Positions 26,665-35,483 of a stretch of 64,000 nt of DNA are shown here, in pieces; the first letter of the stretch is position 1; the number at the start of each line of letters is the position of its first letter. A program made the translations under genes and the position numbers. Origin of the DNA: an uncultured Actinomycetes bacterium (GTDB lineage Bacteria > Actinomycetota > UBA4738 > HRBIN12); contig OY969934.1 in assembly GCA_963704725.1 (NCBI GenBank), positions 480,001 through 544,000 on the forward strand, written 5' to 3'. Below the pieces are notes generated by a model. The model saw nothing but the letters and a program-made list of their open reading frames with translations, had not been told where the DNA came from and did not search any database.

Positions 26665-28590
26665 CTACGAGCCGAGCGCGACCCCCAACGCGGCGAGCGC
26701 GACGTAGATCACCAGGCCGCCCCCCACGAGCATGACCCGCAGGGCTCGCTGGATCGGCGAGCGCCCCACGGCGTAGTACGCGATCGGACCGAGGAGCGGG
26801 ATCGCGATCACGGCGGCCATCCACCCCACGCGGACGCGGTTGGGGACGGCCTCCTGCCGGGTGAGGTCCCACAGCGCGATCGAGACCCACGCGGAGTACA
26901 GGATCAGCGGCAGTGCGTAGGCGTACAACCCGATCAGCACGCCCCAGAAGCTGGTGGCGAGGGGGGCTCCGAGCACGGTGACCTCCTGGGAGACGTCGGA
27001 CGACTCGGGCACGTCGAGCGCCCGGGCGTCGCGGATGTGGACGGGCTGGGGGACGGCGACCTCGGCCACCGCGGGCAGCGGCGGGGCCTGCGCGGCGCCG
27101 GGCATGTTCTCCTGCGGCGAGGGCTCCGGCTGCGCCCGCCAGTCGCCGGTCTCGATGCCGCCGGCGTTCGCCTGCAGGAAGCGCGTGACCGGGCCGATCG
27201 TCGCGCCAAGGGAGCCGCCGGCCATCGGGCGCAGCCACGAGCCGCATCCGTTCCGCCACTCGATCGCGGCCGGCAGGCTCGTCGAGTAGTCGTTGCCGCT
27301 GAAGCAGTCCCCGCCCGCCGCCGGCGCGGCGAGGACGAGGTCGGCGTCGCCGGAGTTGCGGACGAGGTTGTCGCGGACCTCGTTGCCCTCCGTCAGCCAC
27401 AGGGTCCGGTCGGGCGAGGGCAGCAGCGCGATGCCGAAGTTCACGTGGTCCTGGACGAGGTTCTGCGTGACGACGTCGTCGCGACCGCCGTTGACGATGA
27501 TGCCGATGCCCAGGGACGGGTACTGCAGCGCCTTCGCCGGCGCGTCCGTGTTGTTGTTGTCGTGGACCCAGTTCCCGGCGATGACCATGCCGCGCTGCGG
27601 CGCGAGCGCCTCGGAGTCGAGCGTGTTCGGCACGATGCCGCTCATGTTGTCGCGCCATTCCGAGTTGACGACGAGCAGGTCGCCCCCGGCGTTCGTCCCG
27701 CTGAAGCCGAGCGCGTTGCTCTCGGCCAGCACGTCGGTCACGACGGCGTGGCACGGCTGGCACTGGCCGATGTAGAAGCCCGAGTCCGGATGCCCGCTCG
27801 CGTACGAGTGGTCGAACTGCCCGTACTGCGAGTCGTACGCGAAGACCCCGTAGTCGCCGTCGCCGTAGGCGGTGAGATAGGAGGCGCGGTAGCCGAACAC
27901 GCTCGACCACAGGAACCCGTTCAGCACGTAGTGGCGCGCGGTGAGGTTCTCGATCGCCACACCGTCGGCCTCGATCACCTGGATCCCGTTGTCGAGCTCG
28001 AACCCGCCGTCGAGGATCGTCCGGTTGCGGTCGAGCCCCCGGATCGTGAGGAACGGCGTCGTCACCACGACGGCCTCGCGGTACACGCCGGGTGAGATCA
28101 GCACGAGGCCCCCCGGCTCGGCCGAGTCGACGGCCTCCTGGATCGTGGGTACGTCCTTCGGCACACGAACCGTCGCTCCCGGCAGCGACGGCGGCGCCTC
28201 GCGTCCCGGTCCGACGTCCGAGGCGGCGCCGGGGACGGCGGCGTCGCCGACGAGCACGAGCCCGATCATGCCCGCCCCCGGCGATCCGTGGAGCGAGCAG
28301 TGGTACGGGTAGGCCCCGGCCTCGTCGAACGTGAACGCATACCCGGCGCCGGGTTGCAGCGTCCCGGACTCGAAGGAGCCGTCGTCGGCCGTCACGTCGT
28401 GCGGGCTGCGTCCCTCGTTGGACCACTCGATCCGCCCGCCGACGGGGATCCGGACGATCCTCGGTGAGAACGCGTTGTCGACCATCTCGACGTGTCGCTC
28501 GTCCTGAATAGCGGCGTGCGCCGTCGCGAGATGCAGCGGCAGCACGAGGATCGCGACCAGGGGGAGGAGGGCGCGCAGACGTCGGCGCAT
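26665..28590 (-). CDS. Exported cupredoxin + right-handed beta-helix protein with a C-terminal PLDc_N-like membrane anchor
   Basis: Signal peptide; type-1 Cu ligands PHDV..YHCSLH..GM; TIQEAVD..PGVYRE..YASGHPDSGFYIGQC repeats; C-terminal W..AVIAIPLLGPIAYY. Confidence 0.82.
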   Translation of the reverse strand: MRRRLRALLPLVAILVLPLHLATAHAAIQDERHVEMVDNAFSPRIVRIPVGGRIEWSNEGRSPHDVTADDGSFESGTLQPGAGYAFTFDEAGAYPYHCSLHGSPGAGMIGLVLVGDAAVPGAASDVGPGREAPPSLPGATVRVPKDVPTIQEAVDSAEPGGLVLISPGVYREAVVVTTPFLTIRGLDRNRTILDGGFELDNGIQVIEADGVAIENLTARHYVLNGFLWSSVFGYRASYLTAYGDGDYGVFAYDSQYGQFDHSYASGHPDSGFYIGQCQPCHAVVTDVLAESNALGFSGTNAGGDLLVVNSEWRDNMSGIVPNTLDSEALAPQRGMVIAGNWVHDNNNTDAPAKALQYPSLGIGIIVNGGRDDVVTQNLVQDHVNFGIALLPSPDRTLWLTEGNEVRDNLVRNSGDADLVLAAPAAGGDCFSGNDYSTSLPAAIEWRNGCGSWLRPMAGGSLGATIGPVTRFLQANAGGIETGDWRAQPEPSPQENMPGAAQAPPLPAVAEVAVPQPVHIRDARALDVPESSDVSQEVTVLGAPLATSFWGVLIGLYAYALPLILYSAWVSIALWDLTRQEAVPNRVRVGWMAAVIAIPLLGPIAYYAVGRSPIQRALRVMLVGGGLVIYVALAALGVALGS

Positions 28591-28647
28591 CGGCGCGGAG
28601 GGTAGCACCCGTGCCCGCTCGGTCCGCGGAGGCGTACCGTGGTGAGG

Positions 28648-30042
28648 ATGTCACCGGAGCGTCTCACCGCCCTCGACGCGTCGTTCCTGTACCTGGAGCG
28701 GCCGGCGGTGCACATGCACGTGGCCGGCCTGTCCGTGCTCGATCCGTCGACGCGGCCCGACGGACGGCTGCGGCTCGAGCACGTCGCGGCCGTGATGGCG
28801 TCGCGGCTGCACCTGGCGCCCCGCCTCCGGCAGAAGGTCGTGACCGTGCCCTTCGATCTCGCGCTGCCGGTGTGGGTGGACGACCCCTCCTTCGACCTCG
28901 GCTTCCACCTCCGCCGGGCCGCGCTGCCGGCGCCGGGCGGACGCCGGGAGCTCGCCGACCACGTCCAGCGTGTCCTGTCGAGACCGCTCGACCGGACCAG
29001 GCCGCTGTGGGAGCTGTACGTGATCGAGGGCCTGGAGGACGGGCTCGTCGCCTTGCTGATGAAGGTGCACCACGCGATGATCGACGGGCTCTCGGCGATG
29101 CGGCTCACCGCCGCGCTGTACGACCTGTCGCCCGAGCCGGCGTCCGAGGCCTCGCCGCAGCCCTGGTATCCCGAACCCGAGCCCTCGGCGCGGGACCTGC
29201 TGGAGCAGGCGGCGGTGGAGCTGGCGGGCCATCCCGTCCAGGCGGTCTCGACGGCGCTCGAGAACGTCCGGCGATCGCCGGCGCTGGCGGCGCTCGGCCT
29301 GGGGTCCGTCATGTCGGGGCTCCGAAGCGTGTTCGACATGGGCGCCCGGCCGTCCTCGCCCTTCGACGTCCGGATCGGCCCCAACCGCCGATTCGCCATG
29401 ACCGAGGCGCCCGTCCAGCGGTTCAAGGAGATCAAGGACGCCATGGGCGGGACCGTGAACGACGTGGTCCTCGCCGTCGTCGGGGGCGCGCTCTACCGCC
29501 TGCTGCGCTCGCGCCGGGAGCCGACGAAGGACCGCACGCTGCGGGTGCTCGTCCCGGTGTCGGTGCGCGGCGGGGGCGAGGCGGGGCTCGGCAACCGCGT
29601 CGCCCCGTCGTTCATCGACCTGCCCGTCGGGAGGATGTCGCCCAAGCGCCGCCTCGCCCTCGTGCGCGAGGGCACGCGTCACCTCAAGGACTCGATGATG
29701 GCGATGAGCGTCGACGCGATGATCTCGCTCGGCGCCTACGCCCCCGGTGGCCTGCTCGCCGCCGCCGCACGAGCCGCCAGCCGGGGACCGTGGTTCAACC
29801 TCGTCGTGTCGAACATCCCCGGCCCCCAGCAACCGATGTACATGGCCGGCGCCCGACTCGTCGCGAGCTATCCGTCGATGCCCCTCGGCGAGAATTCCGC
29901 GCTGTCGATCGCCTGCACGTCGCTCGCGGGCACGATGGCCTTCGGCCTCACCGGCGACTGGGACGGGATGCCCGACGTCGACCGCCTCGCGCTCGCCATC
30001 GACGAGTCCCTCGCCGAGCTGGCCAAGGGCGCCGGTCTCTAG
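28648..30042 (+). CDS. Wax ester synthase/diacylglycerol acyltransferase (WS/DGAT)
   Basis: LTALDASFLYLE..MHVAG, PLDRTRPLWE, catalytic HHAMIDG, TVNDV, NLVVSNIPGP. Confidence 0.95.
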   Translation: MSPERLTALDASFLYLERPAVHMHVAGLSVLDPSTRPDGRLRLEHVAAVMASRLHLAPRLRQKVVTVPFDLALPVWVDDPSFDLGFHLRRAALPAPGGRRELADHVQRVLSRPLDRTRPLWELYVIEGLEDGLVALLMKVHHAMIDGLSAMRLTAALYDLSPEPASEASPQPWYPEPEPSARDLLEQAAVELAGHPVQAVSTALENVRRSPALAALGLGSVMSGLRSVFDMGARPSSPFDVRIGPNRRFAMTEAPVQRFKEIKDAMGGTVNDVVLAVVGGALYRLLRSRREPTKDRTLRVLVPVSVRGGGEAGLGNRVAPSFIDLPVGRMSPKRRLALVREGTRHLKDSMMAMSVDAMISLGAYAPGGLLAAAARAASRGPWFNLVVSNIPGPQQPMYMAGARLVASYPSMPLGENSALSIACTSLAGTMAFGLTGDWDGMPDVDRLALAIDESLAELAKGAGL

Positions 30043-30045
30043 CGG

Positions 30046-30933
30046 TCACGACAGCTCGGCCAGCCAGCCCTCGACGGCCTCGAGCCAGCGCTCCGGGGCT
30101 TCCATCTGCGGGACGTGACCGACCTTGGGGAGCAGTCGCATCTGCCAGTCGGGATGGGCGGCGAGCGCGGCCTCCGCGTAGTGGAGCGGGACGAGGCGGT
30201 CCTCGCGTCCGTGGATCACCAGGACGGGGCCCTTCACCGAGGCCAGGATCCATGAGGCCGCCCGGCGACGTCGACCGAGCGCCATCAGCGACCGGGCCGA
30301 CTCGAGGAAGGCCGCGCCCGCGTCGTCGTCGGCCTGGTGGCGCAGGAGCTGCTCCACGTGCGCCCGCACCAGGTCGGGATCGATCGAGGAAGGGTCCGCC
30401 GCGACGATCCGCAACCCCAGTCGCACGGCCCGCTCGGCCTCGAGGCCGTTCAGGCGCTGACGGGAGACCCACTCGCCGACGCGGGGGACCTGGTAGAGGC
30501 CGAAGCCCACCATCACGATGGGAGCGGGAACCGCCCCCCGGACCCACGGGAACACGGAGTTCGACAGGACCAGGCCCTCGACCGAGGCCGGCTCGAGCGC
30601 CGCCTGGAGCATGGCGATCGCTCCCCCCATCGAGTTCCCGCACACGACCGCGTCACCCCCGACCATCCGCTCGATGAACGACGAAACGAGCCGGCGGTTG
30701 TCCGAGACCCGCGTGCGACGTCCCGCCCTCGGGGTCCGGCCGAACCCGGCCAGGTCGAGCGCGAGCACCCGCCCGTGCTTCGCGAGCCCCGGCCCGACGG
30801 CCAGCCAGGACAGCAGCGATCCGCCCAGGCCGTGCACGAGCACGAACGTCCGCTCGGCCGGTCCTTCCCACTCGACGTAGTGGGTCGGACCGTCGAGGTC
30901 GATCCATCGGCTCTGGGGAACCTCGATCGCCAC
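30046..30933 (-). CDS. Alpha/beta fold hydrolase (lipase/esterase-like)
   Basis: LVHGLGG, DLAGFGRT, GNSMGG, HGREDRLVP, GHVPQME. Confidence 0.9.
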   Translation of the reverse strand: MAIEVPQSRWIDLDGPTHYVEWEGPAERTFVLVHGLGGSLLSWLAVGPGLAKHGRVLALDLAGFGRTPRAGRRTRVSDNRRLVSSFIERMVGGDAVVCGNSMGGAIAMLQAALEPASVEGLVLSNSVFPWVRGAVPAPIVMVGFGLYQVPRVGEWVSRQRLNGLEAERAVRLGLRIVAADPSSIDPDLVRAHVEQLLRHQADDDAGAAFLESARSLMALGRRRRAASWILASVKGPVLVIHGREDRLVPLHYAEAALAAHPDWQMRLLPKVGHVPQMEAPERWLEAVEGWLAELS

Positions 30934-31036
30934 CGTCGTCACCCTCCGTGCGCCGCAGCCATGATGCGCCGGGCGGACGCCTGCCGACGACCCCGGAGCT
31001 CCGAGGTCCCGGACGACGGGGGTAGACTCGGCCTCC

Positions 31037-32359
31037 ATGGTCCGGGTCCGCCTCCGCCCTCCGCTCCGCGAGCTCACGGGTGGGGAACGAGAGGTCTCCG
31101 TCGACGGCGCCACGGTGGGCGAGGCTCTCCTCCAGCTCGAGCGACGCCATCCCAAGCTGGCCGGCTGGATCCTGGACGATCAGGGCCGGGTGCGCGAGCA
31201 CGTCGCCGTCTTCCTGGACGGCGAGCGTGTGGGGGGAGAGGCCTCGGTGTCCGAGACGGCGAGCCTGGAGGTCATCGGCGCGGTCTCCGGCGGCTCCGAG
31301 CGCGCCGAGCTCCTCGTCGGCACGAAGAAGGGGCTGTTCGTGTTGCGGGGCGAGCGAGGCGGTCCGATGGACGTCGTCGCCCGCGCGTTCGCCGGCACGG
31401 CGGTCGAGTACGCGATGCGCGACCCGCGCACCGGGCGCTACTACGCGAGCGTGACGCACGGCCAGTTCGGCCCGCACCTGTATCTGACCGACGAGCCCAC
31501 CGGCGAATGGGAGCCGTGCGACGGCCCCCGGTTCGCGGACGGCGAGGACGCGAGCGTGAAGCGGATCTGGGTCGTGACGCCCGGCGAGGAGGACGGTCTC
31601 CTGTACGCGGGCGTGGACCCCGCCGCGCTCTTCGAGAGCCGTGACGGCGGCGCGACCTGGGAGCCGAACCGCGCCCTGTGGGATCACCCCGGCCGGCCCG
31701 ACTGGTTCCCCGGCGCCGGCGGCCTGATGGTCCATTCGATCGCGCCGTGGCCCGGCGACCCCGGCCGGCTCGCCATCGGCATCTCCTCCGTCGGGGTGTT
31801 CGTGACCGAAGACGGCGGATCCACGTGGGACGTGGGCAACGAGGGGATCGTGCCCCGGTACCTCCCCGAGGAGGCGCGATCACAGCCCTTCGGGCGGTGC
31901 GTCCACAACATGCACCGTTCACCCCTGCGGCCCGAGCGGCTGTTCATGCAGTTCCACGGGGGGGTCTACCGATCGGACGACGGCGGATGCTCGTGGACGG
32001 GCGTCGCGGCCGGTCTCCCGTCGGACTTCGGCTTCCCCCTCGTGGTCGACCCGGCCGACCCGAACGCCGCCTACGTGATCCCGTTGAACTCAGATGGGGA
32101 TCGGGTCACGGCCGAGGGACGCGTGCGGGTGTACGAGACCCGCGACGCCGGCCAGAGCTGGACGGCGCGGTCGCGGGGCCTCCCGGAGGCGGGGTATCTC
32201 ACGATCCTGCGCCAGGCGTTCGGCCACGACGGCGGCGATCCGCTCGGCCTGTACTTCGGGGCCACGTCGGGCGACGTCTTCGGCTCGGCCGACGCGGGCG
32301 CGACGTGGACACCGGTGGCCCGGGGCCTCGCCCCCGTGCTCTCGCTCCGCGTGGGCTGA
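31037..32359 (+). CDS. MoaD/ThiS-like ubiquitin-fold domain fused to a BNR/Asp-box beta-propeller (sialidase-like) domain
   Basis: aa 1-86 beta-grasp (GATVGEAL..HVAVFLDG..AVSGG); then LLVGTKKGLF and Asp boxes SRDGGATW, TEDGGSTW, SDDGGCSW, TRDAGQSW, SADAGATW. Confidence 0.85.
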   Translation: MVRVRLRPPLRELTGGEREVSVDGATVGEALLQLERRHPKLAGWILDDQGRVREHVAVFLDGERVGGEASVSETASLEVIGAVSGGSERAELLVGTKKGLFVLRGERGGPMDVVARAFAGTAVEYAMRDPRTGRYYASVTHGQFGPHLYLTDEPTGEWEPCDGPRFADGEDASVKRIWVVTPGEEDGLLYAGVDPAALFESRDGGATWEPNRALWDHPGRPDWFPGAGGLMVHSIAPWPGDPGRLAIGISSVGVFVTEDGGSTWDVGNEGIVPRYLPEEARSQPFGRCVHNMHRSPLRPERLFMQFHGGVYRSDDGGCSWTGVAAGLPSDFGFPLVVDPADPNAAYVIPLNSDGDRVTAEGRVRVYETRDAGQSWTARSRGLPEAGYLTILRQAFGHDGGDPLGLYFGATSGDVFGSADAGATWTPVARGLAPVLSLRVG

Positions 32360-32598
32360 GACCGCCACGGCCCGGCCGGACCCGGCACGCGGAAAGGGGC
32401 GGCCCGGGGAGGCCGCCCCTTTCGGCTGGAGCGGGGAAGCTCCTCGTCCTCGTCCTCGTCGTCGCCCTCGCCGGACTCCTCGTCCTCGTCCCCGGGCTCC
32501 ATCGAGACGACGGGCTCCTCGGCGCTCGGGACGGCCTCGGCGGGTTGCGTGCCCAGGACCTCCTCGATGTCGTGCTCGAGCGTGATCTCCTCCGCCAC
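32071..32598 (-). CDS. Small highly acidic hypothetical protein (3' end uncertain)
   Basis: GGAGGGAGG RBS before GTG 32598; MAEEITLEHDIEEVLG...EDEESGEGDDEDEDEE; after about aa 55 the frame runs through the hairpin and overlaps the opposite-strand gene. Confidence 0.5.
   Translation of the reverse strand: MAEEITLEHDIEEVLGTQPAEAVPSAEEPVVSMEPGDEDEESGEGDDEDEDEELPRSSRKGRPPRAAPFRVPGPAGPWRSQPTRSESTGARPRATGVHVAPASAEPKTSPDVAPKYRPSGSPPSWPNAWRRIVRYPASGRPRDRAVQLWPASRVSYTRTRPSAVTRSPSEFNGIT
32392..32423. terminator. Hairpin, probable terminator between convergent genes
   Basis: Perfect 13-bp inverted repeat GAAAGGGGCGGCC / GGCCGCCCCTTTC with a 6-nt loop. Confidence 0.7.
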
Positions 32599-32817
32599 GA
32601 CCGACCTCCCTCCGTCGGGATCGAACGAATCTCACCCCTCGAAGATGTCGGGACGGGGAACCCGGCGCGGTCTGGCGACGAAGGCTGTGTGGCCGGTCCC
32701 GAACCACCGGTCAACCGGCCCGATCGAGGCCGTATCCGCTGCTCGGGAGGGGGCGTCCGCCGCCCGCCGGAGGAGGGAATAGACCTGGTCTCCACGATGT
32801 CTACACACATGAGTCCC

Positions 32818-32847
32818 TTTACAGGGCGGCCCGTGCGCGCGTACCAT
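32818..32847 (+). promoter_or_regulatory. Putative sigma-A-type promoter for the sigma factor gene
   Basis: TTTACA, 18 nt, TACCAT in an AT-enriched patch of the intergenic region. Confidence 0.5.
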
Positions 32848-32973
32848 CCGATCGTTGGCCCGGGGGGCCTCGTTTTCTTGCGCCCGGGGCCGTGCCCGCA
32901 AGAGTAGGTCCCGAAGCTCTCCGAGGGGCGCAGCTTGCCCGCCGGAGGAGGCTTCGAGGAGGAGAGTGAGTTC

Positions 32974-33906
32974 ATGCCAGAACCTGCACGGCCGCTCGGG
33001 ACGGATGACGCCGACGATCTGAGGCTGTACCTCGAGGCCGCGGCGCGCGAGCCCCTCCTCACCAAGGAGGAGGAGGTCGAGCTCGCCATCCTGATCGAGC
33101 ACGGCAAGGACGCGGAGGAGCGCCTCCGCGCCGGTCGTCTGCGGTCGGAGAAGTCGATCATGAAGGCGCGCCAGGAGGTTCGGAAGGCCGAGGCCGCGCG
33201 CCAGCGGTTCATCATGGCCAACCTCCGGCTGGTGGTCTCCGTGGCCCGCAAGTACCAGGGCCAGGGGCTGCCGCTGCTCGACCTGATCCAGGAGGGGAAC
33301 ATCGGGCTCATGCGCGCGGTCGAGCTCTTCGACTGGCGCCGGGGCTTCAAGTTCTCGACCTACGCGACGTGGTGGATCCGTCAGGGCATCACCCGGGCGA
33401 TCGCCGACCGTTCGCGCTCGATCCGCCTGCCCGTCCACATCCACGACCGGCTGCGCAAGCTGAACCGCACCCGGTTCCAGTTCGCTCAGACGATGGGCCG
33501 GGAGCCGAGCCGGGAGGAGCTGGCCAAGGCGCTCGACACCACCGTCGAGGAGATCGACGATCTGACCGAGATGGGGCGCCGCGAGCCGCTCTCGCTGCAG
33601 TCGCCCGTCGGCGAGGACACCGAGCTGGGCGACCTGATCGAAGAGGTCGACTCGGACGCGCCGTTCAACGAGGTCGAGGACGCGCTGCTCCGCGAGGAGA
33701 TCGGCACGGCCGTGGACCGGGTGCTCGACGAGCGTGAGCGCCACGTGGTCGCGCTCCGGTACGGCCTCGAGAACGGCCAGCCGCTGTCGCTGCGGGAGAC
33801 GGGCAAGGTGCTCGGTCTGTCGGGCGAGCGTGTGCGGCTGATCGAGCGCGAAGCGCTGCGCAAGCTCCGCGACTCCAACCTGATCTCGGCCGTCGCCGCC
33901 AACTGA
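32974..33906 (+). CDS. RNA polymerase sigma-70 factor, group 2 (SigB/RpoS-like, no region 1.1)
   Basis: [75 protein letters not shown]. Confidence 0.92.
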   Translation: MPEPARPLGTDDADDLRLYLEAAAREPLLTKEEEVELAILIEHGKDAEERLRAGRLRSEKSIMKARQEVRKAEAARQRFIMANLRLVVSVARKYQGQGLPLLDLIQEGNIGLMRAVELFDWRRGFKFSTYATWWIRQGITRAIADRSRSIRLPVHIHDRLRKLNRTRFQFAQTMGREPSREELAKALDTTVEEIDDLTEMGRREPLSLQSPVGEDTELGDLIEEVDSDAPFNEVEDALLREEIGTAVDRVLDERERHVVALRYGLENGQPLSLRETGKVLGLSGERVRLIEREALRKLRDSNLISAVAAN

Positions 33907-33908
33907 CC

Positions 33909-33928
33909 GCGGCGCCCTCGGGCGCCGC
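33909..33928 (+). terminator. GC-rich hairpin after the sigma factor gene
   Basis: GCGGCGCCC-TC-GGGCGCCGC immediately after the stop codon; no U-tract. Confidence 0.4.
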
Positions 33929-33944
33929 ATCGAGGGGGCCGAGC

Positions 33945-34661
33945 ATGTCCCCGTGGCGCAAGCGAAGGTTGCGGTCCGAGCCCACCGCCGCGGGCGATCC
34001 TCCGGGCTGGATCCGACGGACGGTGTCGATCGCGGTCGACCCCGTGCGGCTCCCCGGCGACCTCGTCGTTCCCGCGCCCGCCAGGGCGGTGGTCGTCTTC
34101 GCGCACGGAAGCGGCTCCAGCCGGTCGTCCCCTCGCAACGTCGCCGTCGCGACCACGCTGAACGGGTCCGGGCTCGCCACCCTGCTGTTCGACCTCCTCA
34201 CCCCGGGGGAGGCGGAGGATCGAGCGCGGGTCTTCGACGTCGACCTGCTCGCGGCGCGTCTGGGGGCGGCGGCCAGGTGGCTCGCCCAGTGGCCCGCCCT
34301 GCGGGACGTCCCGATCGCGTTCTTCGGCGCGAGCACCGGCGCGGCGGCCGCCCTCATCGCGGCGTCGGCGTTCGGCACAGGGGTGTGTGCGGTCGTCTCG
34401 CGCGGGGGACGGCCGGATCTCGCCGGCCCGGCCCTCGAGCGCGTCGTGGCGCCCACGCTGCTGATCGTCGGCGGGGCGGATGCGGACGTCCTCGCGCTGA
34501 ACCGCGAGGCGGCCGCGCGGCTGGCCGGAGAGCACCGGGTCGAGGTGATCGCGGGCGCCGGACACCTGTTCGAGGAGCCCGGGGCGCTCGAGCGGGTCGC
34601 GGAGCTCGCGGCCGAGTGGATCTCGAGCCGGGCCGCGAACGCCTCCGGACGACGCGGGTAG
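33945..34661 (+). CDS. Dienelactone hydrolase-like alpha/beta hydrolase
   Basis: VVVFAHGSGSSRSSPRN, FDLLT, FFGASTGAAAAL, VSRGGRPDLA, GHLFEEPG. Confidence 0.88.
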   Translation: MSPWRKRRLRSEPTAAGDPPGWIRRTVSIAVDPVRLPGDLVVPAPARAVVVFAHGSGSSRSSPRNVAVATTLNGSGLATLLFDLLTPGEAEDRARVFDVDLLAARLGAAARWLAQWPALRDVPIAFFGASTGAAAALIAASAFGTGVCAVVSRGGRPDLAGPALERVVAPTLLIVGGADADVLALNREAAARLAGEHRVEVIAGAGHLFEEPGALERVAELAAEWISSRAANASGRRG

Positions 34662-34692
34662 GGTTGGGCCCGTCCCCGTCCGAGGAGGCTCC

Positions 34693-34977
34693 ATGCTGCT
34701 GCATCTGTCGATCCACCGACCGGTCGCGGGAAAGGAGCGGGACCTGATCGATTCGATGCACCGGTTCGGTCGTGGCGACGGCCGGCCCATGGAGGGACTT
34801 CGCGACGCGTTCACGCTCCGGGACCGGGAGACGGGGACCCTCGTGGGGCTCACCATCTGGGAGTCGGAGGAGGCGTTCCGAGCCGGGGTGCCGCGGATGA
34901 GGGCGGCGGTCGAGGGCGACGACTTCGCATCGTGGGAGCAGGACGGTCCCGAGGTCTACCTGCTCGAGCCGGTCTGA
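34693..34977 (+). CDS. ABM-like (dimeric alpha/beta barrel) small protein
   Basis: GAGGAGG RBS; GKERDLI..GL..LVGLTIWESEEAF pattern. Confidence 0.65.
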   Translation: MLLHLSIHRPVAGKERDLIDSMHRFGRGDGRPMEGLRDAFTLRDRETGTLVGLTIWESEEAFRAGVPRMRAAVEGDDFASWEQDGPEVYLLEPV

Positions 34978-35483
34978 CGCCGGGGCTCGGGCACGAGCCG
35001 CATCAGCCCCATCGTGAACAGGATCAGCAGCGCGGCGCCGCCCGCCGCGGCGGCCCACGCCGGGGGAGGAACGCCGGCCGCGGGCGCATCGGCGAAGCCG
35101 GGGTCGACCCCGGGGCCGGTATCGGGTGGCGGCTCGAACCGCACGATCCGCAGCGTCTCCCCCCGGCGCTCGACCACGGCGTAGGCTCGCGCCACGGCGC
35201 CGTCCGTACGGACGACCTGGAAGGGAACGAGGAAGGTTCCGCCCGGCCGAGGCCGCGCGTCGCCGACCTCGATCACGTCGAGCTCGCCGGGATCGAGGTC
35301 CTCCCAGCCGGGCAGGACCGTGTCGGAGATCGCCCCGGATGCGTAACGGTCCGGTCGGCCCGCCGCCCCTTGGCTGAGCGAGATCAGCCAGCGCTCGACG
35401 ACGCCCTCGGGCCGCTCGATCCCTCCGCAGGAGGGCACCAGGAGCGCCGTGACGAGGGCCGACGCCAGCCACGCTCGCCTCAC
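34956..35483 (-). CDS. Hypothetical lipoprotein with a C-terminal TM segment
   Basis: GTGA overlap with the MFS stop; MRRAWLASALVTALLVPSC lipobox-like start; C-terminal hydrophobic helix. Confidence 0.65.
   Translation of the reverse strand: MRRAWLASALVTALLVPSCGGIERPEGVVERWLISLSQGAAGRPDRYASGAISDTVLPGWEDLDPGELDVIEVGDARPRPGGTFLVPFQVVRTDGAVARAYAVVERRGETLRIVRFEPPPDTGPGVDPGFADAPAAGVPPPAWAAAAGGAALLILFTMGLMRLVPEPRRQTGSSR

Noticed and set aside
32600-32970. Longest intergenic region as a riboswitch or ncRNA
   Set aside because: GC-rich stems can be drawn, but I recognise no family motif; divergent promoters and leaders explain it. An Rfam/cmscan search would settle it.
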